The position numbers and the translations under genes are program-made. From Candidatus Fermentibacteraceae bacterium (GTDB lineage Bacteria; Fermentibacterota; Fermentibacteria; Fermentibacterales; JCC-6), in assembly GCA_041686025.1 (NCBI GenBank), contig JAWLEP010000016.1, positions 1-24,700 on the forward strand: a stretch of 24,700 nucleotides of DNA. The letters run 5' to 3'. Below, in pieces: positions 18,072 to 24,700 of the stretch (within the stretch, counting starts at the first letter, position 1; each line of letters starts with the position of its first letter). Under the pieces are notes generated by a model. It was not told where the DNA came from, ran no database searches, and saw nothing but the letters and a program-made list of their open reading frames with translations.

Positions 18072-19485
18072 CGGCCCCCCTCCCGCCGCCCAGGTCGTCG
18101 AAGCTGGCCCCGGACATCCGCAGCAGCAGCATCACCCCGGCGCAGAGCACCGAGCCGGCCAGCGCCGCCAGCCCCCTGCCGGCGCCCCCCAGGGTGGCCA
18201 GGGGGCCCAGGGCGATGGGGGGAAGGACCACCAGCACCACCACCACGAAGCTGATGGGGAAGACCTTCCTGCCCAGCCAGAACAGCGACAGGGCCATGAA
18301 CAGGTCGGTGGCCAGGGTGGCGAAGGCGGCCCCCACCCCTCCGGCCACGGGTATCAGGCGGAGGTTGAAGACGATGTTCAGGCCGGCGCCGAACACGGTC
18401 ATGGCGGCGATGATCCTGGTCCTCCCCGCCAGGAGGGGCCCGGTCTGGGAGACTATGAACAGGCCGTACATGGCCCCGGCCCCGGCCAGCCAGGGAAGTA
18501 TGCGGTGGGCGGGGTAGAACTCCGCCCCTCCCACGAACCAGCTCAGCTCCGGGGAGACCATGGCCAGCATCAGAGCGGCCCAGTTCACCACCACCATGAA
18601 CAGCAGCGCCATCCGGCCCAGCTCGGCCATCTTCCCGCCGGTGTCGCGCTTGCGGAAGATGAACCGGTGCCAGGCCATGTTGAAGCCCAGGGTCAGGGGG
18701 GTGAGGACCAGGCAGGCCCGGCTGGCCCACTCGTAGTGGCCGCTGGCCGCGAGCTGGGGGTAGATGTGGCGCAGCATGTAGATGTCGGCGGAGGAGAGGA
18801 CGATCATGGCCAGGCTGGCCGGAACCAGGGGAAGGCCGAAGGCCAGCAGCCGCGATGTCAGCCGGCCGGGGGCGCCCCCCGGCTCGGTGCGCCTCCACAC
18901 GATCCAGAAGGCCGCGCCGGCCATGATGAAGGAAGGCGCCCACCGGGACAGCAGGAAGGCGGCCACGCCTCCCCCGGCGGCGAACACCAGCACCGCCAGC
19001 ATGCCCAGGGCCAGCAGGCCCCGGACCAGCTGGACGGTGAAGTAGGTCCAGGCCATCCCGCGGGCCCGGGGCAGCGAGAGGGCCACCTGCACGTAGGCCA
19101 CCGCCACTCCCAGGGCCAGGGCGTGCAGCAGGTAGTCCGGGCGGGAGAGCTGCAGAAAGCCGGCCAGCGGCCCCTTCAGCAGGAGGATCAGGCCGGCGGC
19201 CAGCAGGGCGGGGAACAGGGGTATCAGCAGCCCCCGCAGTATCACCGACCTGTGGGCCTCCGTGCGGTGCCAGGCCCTCACCAGGGCGGTGGGCAGGCCC
19301 AGGACCACGATGCCGGCCACCCCCTCGGCGGTGGCCCGCAGGGCCCCCAGCTCCCCGGCGGCGGAGGCCGACAGGTAGCGGCTGATGAAGGGCAGGAAGG
19401 CCAGCTGCACCAGGCCGCTCACCACCATGGCGGCGCCGTAGACGGCAGTCTCGCGTTTCAGGTCCCGGGCGTGCTGGGCGGACAA
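18064..19485 (-). CDS. wzx: Wzx-type oligosaccharide flippase (MOP superfamily)
   Basis: 473 aa, many hydrophobic segments; ETAVYG...LPFISRYLS, LLAFGLPLVP, D-I-Y-M-L segment, LNIVFNLRLIP..GGVGAAFAT. Confidence 0.87.
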   Translation of the reverse strand: MSAQHARDLKRETAVYGAAMVVSGLVQLAFLPFISRYLSASAAGELGALRATAEGVAGIVVLGLPTALVRAWHRTEAHRSVILRGLLIPLFPALLAAGLILLLKGPLAGFLQLSRPDYLLHALALGVAVAYVQVALSLPRARGMAWTYFTVQLVRGLLALGMLAVLVFAAGGGVAAFLLSRWAPSFIMAGAAFWIVWRRTEPGGAPGRLTSRLLAFGLPLVPASLAMIVLSSADIYMLRHIYPQLAASGHYEWASRACLVLTPLTLGFNMAWHRFIFRKRDTGGKMAELGRMALLFMVVVNWAALMLAMVSPELSWFVGGAEFYPAHRILPWLAGAGAMYGLFIVSQTGPLLAGRTRIIAAMTVFGAGLNIVFNLRLIPVAGGVGAAFATLATDLFMALSLFWLGRKVFPISFVVVVLVVLPPIALGPLATLGGAGRGLAALAGSVLCAGVMLLLRMSGASFDDLGGGRGADA

Positions 19486-19486
19486 G

Positions 19487-20548
19487 CTACAGCTCCCCGT
19501 ACAGCCGGTGCAGCTGCCGGGCCACCGACAGCCAGTGGTGGCGCCTGGCTATCCACTCCGGCCCCGCCTCCGCGTGGCGGGCCCTGAGGTCGGGGTCCAG
19601 GGCCAGCTCCCGCAGCACCTTCTCCAGGGTGTCGGGCTCGGCCAGGACGAAGGGGTGGCGGGGTATGAACTCCCGGTAGGCGTCCGAGAGGTTGGTCACG
19701 GTGGGGATGCCCATGGACAGGGTCTCCAGGGAGTTGACCCCGTAGCCCATGTCCCCGTCGGCTATCTGGTCGATGGCCACGTGGCAGGTGGCCTTCAGGG
19801 CCATGGCCCGGGAGTGGGGCATGTTCTCGATGAGCACCAGCTCCACCGGCAGCTTCCGGGCCAGGGACTCCACCGCCTCGATGATCCGGTCGGTGCCCTT
19901 GACGCTGCGGATCCTGGGGGCGTGGCAGATGCGTATCCTCTCCCCCTCCGGCCTGGCGGGAGGCACCCCGTCGGGGTCGTAGGGGAGGAAGAGGTAGCCG
20001 ATCTCGTCGAACCGCCTGTAGAGGTCGAACTCGCAGGTGATGTGCAGGTCAGTGGCCTCCCAGACCGGCCGTATGGCCCCCCGCATGCGCAGGTCGAGGC
20101 CGTGGTAGTAGGAGACGATCTTCTTCCCCCGCTCCTTCAGCATCTTCACGTCCCGGCCGTCGCGGTAGAAGCTCATCCCCCCCTCCAGCTGGTAGACGTC
20201 GTAGTCCCAGAGGCCGTACTCCTCCGCCGCCCGGTCGATCCGGGGCTGCCAGATCATCCGCCGCAGCGCCCGCAGTGGCCGCTCCAGCGGGCTGGGGGAC
20301 CAGAAGATCCACTCGGTGGTTCCGGTGAAGGGCACCCGCATGCTCCCCACCCGCACCATCCGCTTCAGCTTCCACAGCCACTCCATGGGCCCCACGAAGG
20401 GCAGCTCCAGGCAGATGTCCTCCGGGTAGCGGTTCGCCGCCCGGAAGAACGTCAACAGCCGGCTCTCGTGTCCCAGGGCCCGATGGCCGCGGACGAACAG
20501 GCTCAGCACGCCGGTGTAGTTCTGGGGGGAGAGGTGCAGGATCTTCAC
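19487..20548 (-). CDS. GT-B fold (GT4-like) glycosyltransferase (start moved to GTG 20548)
   Basis: KILHL...RALGHES, YHGLDLR, HAPRIRSVKGT, IDQI...GYGVNSLETLSMGIPTV, HHWLSVA. GTGA overlap with the upstream stop. Confidence 0.8.
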   Translation of the reverse strand: MKILHLSPQNYTGVLSLFVRGHRALGHESRLLTFFRAANRYPEDICLELPFVGPMEWLWKLKRMVRVGSMRVPFTGTTEWIFWSPSPLERPLRALRRMIWQPRIDRAAEEYGLWDYDVYQLEGGMSFYRDGRDVKMLKERGKKIVSYYHGLDLRMRGAIRPVWEATDLHITCEFDLYRRFDEIGYLFLPYDPDGVPPARPEGERIRICHAPRIRSVKGTDRIIEAVESLARKLPVELVLIENMPHSRAMALKATCHVAIDQIADGDMGYGVNSLETLSMGIPTVTNLSDAYREFIPRHPFVLAEPDTLEKVLRELALDPDLRARHAEAGPEWIARRHHWLSVARQLHRLYGEL

Positions 20549-21828
20549 GCCGGCCGCCGCCCCCTTCCGGTCAGGGCGGTCCAGGCCAGGGCCGCCGAGG
20601 CCGCCAGCTGGGCGAGAGCTCCCGCCGCCGCCGGCGCACCGGCCGCCCGGGCGGCGTGGGCGCCCAGCACGTCCGGGGCGCCGCTTCCCAGGCTGCGCAG
20701 CGCCGCCACCCACGGAGCCCGTGAGAAGGTCCACACCACCGCCCGCCGGCCCGGCTCCTCTATGGCGTCGGGGCCCAGGGACTGCTCGATGGCGTTGGGG
20801 TTGCTCCAGGAGGCGGCCAGGGTCATCAGCCCCCCCCAGGCGCACAGGACCCAGAAGGCCGCGCCCCCGGCTCCCCGGCGACAGAGGGGCAGCAGGGCCA
20901 GCGGCAGCACCGGCACCAGGAAGCGGGGGCCCCATCCGGTGCCCCCGGTCCAGTCGTGCATCAGCCCGTGCAGCACCACCGAGGCCGCCAGGGGGGTCCA
21001 CAGCCTCCAGTCGCGGCAGCGGGCCAGCCCCAGGAGCACCACGGGGGCGTAGAAGACAAGCCCCTTGCCGGGGCTGACCAGCAGGCCGGCCACCCCCAGC
21101 GATGCGGGGTCCAGCCCCGCGGCGGGGTCCTGGCCGTGGCCGTCGCGGAGGGGGCTGCCGAACCGGTGCCAGTTGGCCAGGCCCCAGAGCACGGCGGACA
21201 GGGCCAGACCCGGAAGCAGCCGTGCGGTCCGGCGGGGCCCCCGCCAGAAGGCGGGCAGGGCCACGGCGCTGTCCAGCCTTATCAGCACCGCCGCCCCCAG
21301 CAGGACGCCGGCCCAGACGTCTTCCCCCCGGTCCTGCAGCACCAGGCCCGCCAGTATGGCGGCCCCGGCTGCGGTGACGTCGTAGGGCATCCGGCCGTAC
21401 ACCAGAAGCATGGCCCCCAGCCCCAGGGCCACCACCCGCAGGGGGCTGCAGGAGTCGCCCAGCCTCCGCCGGGCCAGCTCCATCCAGCAGGCCATCAGCA
21501 CCAGACTGAGCAGGACGTTGATGCCCCCGGCGGCCACCTTGCCGGCGCCCTCGGCCACCAGGGCTCCGGCGGCGGCGGCGGGGACCAGGATCAGGGAGAA
21601 GCCGGGGCCGTGGGGGACGTAGCTCTCCCCGCCGGCGCCCTCCACCGTCCAGCCGGTCTCGGCGGTGAGGAAGGGCCGCAGCCCGAGAAACGAGCCGGCA
21701 ACCTGGTACTGGGCAACCACGTCGGTGGTGTACATGCGTCCGGAGAATACGGCGGCCAGCAGGGCGGCCCAGAGCAGGAGGGCCCTGCCCCGGCCGCCGG
21801 GCTCAGATAGTGCCCTGAAGCGTGTCAC
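20545..21828 (-). CDS. Polytopic membrane protein, GT-C (ArnT/PMT/Rgt-like) glycosyltransferase candidate
   Basis: About 10 hydrophobic segments; Asp after TM1 (YTTD); HGPGFS, LLVSPGKGLVFYAP, WTGGTGWGPRFLVP motifs. Confidence 0.62.
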   Translation of the reverse strand: MTRFRALSEPGGRGRALLLWAALLAAVFSGRMYTTDVVAQYQVAGSFLGLRPFLTAETGWTVEGAGGESYVPHGPGFSLILVPAAAAGALVAEGAGKVAAGGINVLLSLVLMACWMELARRRLGDSCSPLRVVALGLGAMLLVYGRMPYDVTAAGAAILAGLVLQDRGEDVWAGVLLGAAVLIRLDSAVALPAFWRGPRRTARLLPGLALSAVLWGLANWHRFGSPLRDGHGQDPAAGLDPASLGVAGLLVSPGKGLVFYAPVVLLGLARCRDWRLWTPLAASVVLHGLMHDWTGGTGWGPRFLVPVLPLALLPLCRRGAGGAAFWVLCAWGGLMTLAASWSNPNAIEQSLGPDAIEEPGRRAVVWTFSRAPWVAALRSLGSGAPDVLGAHAARAAGAPAAAGALAQLAASAALAWTALTGRGRRPA

Positions 21829-22771
21829 GGAACACGCCCCTGGCCGTGAAGGACTCCTTGAAGCGGCAGAGGCCGTAGTTCACGGTCATGTCCAGCGTGA
21901 ACGTCCCCAGGTCCAGGTAGTGGTATCCCCTCTGCCGGGCCCAGTTGAGCACCTCCCTGTAGACCAGGTTCACCGGCCGCAGCTTCTGGAACTGCCCGTC
22001 GTGGGAGATGTAGAACGCCAGCGTCACCCGGGGGTTGCAGTGGAACATCACCATCCCCGCCATCACCCTGCCCGCGGCGTCCCGGGTGATGAACTGCCGC
22101 ACCCGCTCGGGGCCCAGCAGCTTCCGCAGCAGCTCCAGCTCCTCGCGGGTGTGGGTGGGGCTGACCCCGTGCCGGTCCTGCAGGTTGGACTCCAGTATGG
22201 GGTAGAAGAGGGAGAAGTCCTCGTTCTCCTCCACGTGGAGGTCGTTCCTGCGGGCCTTCCGGACCCCCCTGCGGGCGGAGGAGCGGAAGGCCAGGTCTAT
22301 CTCCTCCCCCAGGCGGGAGAGGTCTATGACCGCGGTGAGCTCCCGCCTGCGGTAGTCGAACCCCCGCCTGATCAGGGAGAAGTCCAGGTAGTTGTGGGGG
22401 CGGCGGAAGTAGACCTGCGGCGGCAGGGTCATCTCCACCCCGGCCCAGCCCTCCTTCCGGCAGTAGTCCAGCAGGGCGTCCACCACCTTCTCGGTGTCCC
22501 TCAGGCCGGTCTCGTCGGCCAGTACCGGCCCCCCGTAGGAGGCGCCGGGGTAGGAGCGGAACCAGGTGGCTCCGTCCCTCTCCGAGAGGGCCCCGGGGAT
22601 GACGGCCAGCAGCTTCTCCCCCCCCTCCACCAGCAGATGGTGGTTCCGGAAGCGGCCCTCCGGATGGTAGTCCAGGAAGTCGGGAAGGTGGAAAACGGTG
22701 CCGTTGTTGGACCGCTGGACGAAGTCCGTCCACCGGTCCCTGTCGCCGGGCTGCGCTGGTCTGACTCTCAT
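21803..22771 (-). CDS. FemAB-like double-GNAT acyl/aminoacyl transferase
   Basis: WTDFV...NGTVFHLPDFLDYH, SYPGASYGG, RRGVRKA, PTHTREEL, YLDLGT, NYGLCRFKESF. Confidence 0.82.
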   Translation of the reverse strand: MRVRPAQPGDRDRWTDFVQRSNNGTVFHLPDFLDYHPEGRFRNHHLLVEGGEKLLAVIPGALSERDGATWFRSYPGASYGGPVLADETGLRDTEKVVDALLDYCRKEGWAGVEMTLPPQVYFRRPHNYLDFSLIRRGFDYRRRELTAVIDLSRLGEEIDLAFRSSARRGVRKARRNDLHVEENEDFSLFYPILESNLQDRHGVSPTHTREELELLRKLLGPERVRQFITRDAAGRVMAGMVMFHCNPRVTLAFYISHDGQFQKLRPVNLVYREVLNWARQRGYHYLDLGTFTLDMTVNYGLCRFKESFTARGVFRDTLQGTI

Positions 22772-22817
22772 TGGCTATCGCCGTCCGTTCCGGCAGTTGC
22801 TCGCCTTCTGGGCTCTT

Positions 22818-23522
22818 CTAGAACAGCCAGGGAAAGCGCAGGTGCCAGACCATCCAGACGGCCTCCCAGACGATCTGCCTGTTCATCTTGGAGGTTCCCG
22901 CGTGCCGGTCTATGAAGATGATGGGCACCTCCGTGAGGGTGCACCCTGCGTGGTAGAGCTTGTAGGTGACCTCTATCTGGAAGGAGTAGCCGTCGCTGCG
23001 GATGGTGGAGAGGTCCAGCTTCTGCAGCGTCTCCCTGCGGAAGGCCTTGAAGCCTCCGGTGGCGTCGTTCACCGGCAGTCCGGTGATCAGCTTGGTGTAC
23101 TGGTTGGCGAAGTAGGACAGCAGCAGCCTCTTAAGCGGCCAGTTCACCACGTTGACGCCCCTGCAGTAGCGCGACCCCAGGGCCAGGTCGTAGCCGTCCA
23201 GGGCCGCTATCAGCTCCGGCACCTTCCTGGGGCTGTGCGAGAAGTCGGCGTCCATCTGCACGATGGGGCCGTAGCCGTGCTCCAGCGCCCACCGAAAGCC
23301 GGCCACGTAGGCCTGCCCCAGGCCGGCCTTACCCGGCCTCTCCAGCAGGTGGACCCTGCCGGTGGGCTCCATGGCCCGGACCGCGTCCCCGGTGCCGTCG
23401 GGGCTGCTGTCGTCCACCACCAGCACATCGGCGCCCACTTCCAGGTCCAGCAGCCTGGGTACCAGGGCGCTGATGTTCTCCAGCTCGTTGTAGGTGGGTA
23501 TCACCACCAGCGGCCCGCTCAC
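22818..23522 (-). CDS. Polyprenol-monophosphate-sugar (mannose) synthase, DPM1/Ppm1-like GT2 (start moved to GTG 23522)
   Basis: VIPTYNELENI, VVDDSSPDGTG, KAGLGQAYVAGF, MDADFSH, GSRY, DATGGFKAF, GYSFQIE, EVPIIFIDR; SD GGGAGGAGG at 23528-23536. Confidence 0.92.
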   Translation of the reverse strand: MSGPLVVIPTYNELENISALVPRLLDLEVGADVLVVDDSSPDGTGDAVRAMEPTGRVHLLERPGKAGLGQAYVAGFRWALEHGYGPIVQMDADFSHSPRKVPELIAALDGYDLALGSRYCRGVNVVNWPLKRLLLSYFANQYTKLITGLPVNDATGGFKAFRRETLQKLDLSTIRSDGYSFQIEVTYKLYHAGCTLTEVPIIFIDRHAGTSKMNRQIVWEAVWMVWHLRFPWLF

Positions 23523-23583
23523 ATGCACCTCCTCCCGGCCAGTGGCGAATATGCCCAATAGCCACCGGCCCCGCCACACCTTC

Positions 23584-23612
23584 GTGCATCGGGAACGACG
23601 ATTGCTTATGAT
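23584..23612 (+). promoter_or_regulatory. Possible sigma70-type promoter for the Omp85 gene
   Basis: TATGAT at 23607-23612 in the divergent intergenic region; only a weak -35 (GTGCAT) 17 nt upstream. Confidence 0.3.
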
Positions 23613-23665
23613 GGGCCTGCCTCGCGCGCAGGACCACCGAAAGGAAGCGGAAGGAGCTCGGGCAT

Positions 23666-24691
23666 ATGATCATCCGCACGCTACTGCTGGCGGCCTCCGT
23701 CTGCACGCCGCAGGACAGCTTCCCCCAGTGGGGCATCGGCCCCATAGCCGGCTACAGCAGCACCGTCGGCGTGATGGGGGGCGCCCAGGTCAGCCTCATG
23801 TGGCCCACCACCGTCCTGGCCGGGGAGGTCTCGGCCAGCACCAGGGGCGCGGTAACCTTCGGCCCCGAGCTCACCGTCCGGGGAAGGACCACGGGTCTGC
23901 GGGCCAGCGTGCTCTACGAGAAGCAGCTGGAGAGCGAGTACTACGGCCCCGGCAACGGCGGCGACCCCGACACCTCCGCCGCCTACGACATAGAGCAGCA
24001 GGAGGCGGAGGCCCTGCTCACCTGGTCACCCGGGTACGACCTCAAGCTGGGACTGGGCCTGGTGGCCCGCCACTCCACCACCTTCGACCGCGAGGACAGC
24101 CCCCTCTGGGACCAATGCCCCACCGGCCTCACCGGCTCGCAGATGTCCGCCGGCCCCCGGCTGGAGGCCGAGTGGCTGGGGGAGCTGGTCCTGCCGGTCT
24201 CGGCGAGCACCGCCTTCCTCCACCAGGAGGGCGGGGACGCCTCCTACTCCCGGCTGAAGGGCCAGCTGGCCGCATACCTTCCCCTGGGGCCGACCACGGT
24301 GCTGGCCGGGCGGGGCAGGCTGGCGCGGCACTGGAACACCGCCTCCACCCCCTTCCCCTACCAGCTCTTCCTGGGCAGCCTGCAGGGGCTGCGCGGCTAC
24401 CGGGACGGCCGCTTCTCCGGGGACTGGGCCCTGCTGTGCAGCGCCGAGCTCCGCCAGGAGGTCCTGCGGGCCACCGGCCCCCGGGGAATGGACATCGCTC
24501 TGGCCCTGGTGGCCTTCGGCGACGCCGGCCAGGTGGCGGACGGCCTGGAGGCCCTGGCCATGGACCGCTTCCACGGCTCGGGAGGCCTGGGCATCCGCGT
24601 CATGCTCCCCGGCAACATGGTGATGGCCGTCGACGGCGCCCTCTCCCCCGAGGGCTTCGGCCTCTCCACCGGCTACGGCCACACCTTCTAA
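23666..24691 (+). CDS. Omp85/BamA-TamA family outer-membrane beta-barrel without POTRA domains
   Basis: Loop-6 motif LGSLQGLRGYRDGRF, AELR, FGDAGQV, GGLGIR, C-terminal beta-signal GYGHTF; SD AAGGAG at 23651-23656. Confidence 0.85.
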   Translation: MIIRTLLLAASVCTPQDSFPQWGIGPIAGYSSTVGVMGGAQVSLMWPTTVLAGEVSASTRGAVTFGPELTVRGRTTGLRASVLYEKQLESEYYGPGNGGDPDTSAAYDIEQQEAEALLTWSPGYDLKLGLGLVARHSTTFDREDSPLWDQCPTGLTGSQMSAGPRLEAEWLGELVLPVSASTAFLHQEGGDASYSRLKGQLAAYLPLGPTTVLAGRGRLARHWNTASTPFPYQLFLGSLQGLRGYRDGRFSGDWALLCSAELRQEVLRATGPRGMDIALALVAFGDAGQVADGLEALAMDRFHGSGGLGIRVMLPGNMVMAVDGALSPEGFGLSTGYGHTF

Positions 24692-24700
24692 AAAGGTGCC

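Noticed and set aside
81..23561. Many long plus-strand ORFs (e.g. 81-1469, 5968-7773, 13335-15245, 17653-19587) and alternate-frame minus ORFs
   Set aside because: They are shadows of well-supported minus-strand genes, expected in high-GC DNA, with low-complexity translations and no family motifs.
23523..23665. Phosphate control of the glycan operon (teichuronic-acid-like switch) suggested by adjacency to phoBR
   Set aside because: No TTAACA repeats in the operon's upstream region; adjacency alone is not evidence.
1..24700. Mobile elements, CRISPR, tRNA/rRNA, defence systems, foreign low-GC island, pseudogenes
   Set aside because: None seen. Composition looks uniform by eye, including the glycan genes, and all reading frames are intact.

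Overview
High-GC bacterial chromosomal DNA, standard code, with about 23 densely packed genes. No mobile element, CRISPR array or RNA gene was seen. (1) 1-7779, minus strand: a complete phosphate locus, phoB-phoR-[four-unit Pho box]-pstS(lipoprotein)-pstS(soluble)-pstC-pstA-pstB-phoU, with phoU truncated by the window edge. (2) 7886-23522, minus strand: a 14-gene cell-surface glycan/envelope operon with gaps of 46 nt or less. In transcription order it encodes a polyprenol-P-sugar synthase, FemAB-like GNAT, GT-C-like membrane protein, GT4-like and GT2 transferases flanking a Wzx flippase, MurB, an Rmd-like SDR, a PorZ-like beta-propeller protein with a T9SS/FlgD-type C-terminal domain, RmlA, RmlB, UXS, a Wza/SLBB exporter and a kinase-less Wzz/GumC co-polymerase. 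(3) 23666-24691, plus strand: a divergent POTRA-less Omp85 barrel. The Omp85, SLBB exporter and T9SS-type CTD point to a diderm, probably FCB-group organism (inference only). The most interesting hypothesis is that the operon makes an aminoacylated anchor glycan for T9SS-type cargo, analogous to the Porphyromonas A-LPS/VimA/PorZ system but gathered in one operon. All calls come from motif recognition; no searches were run.
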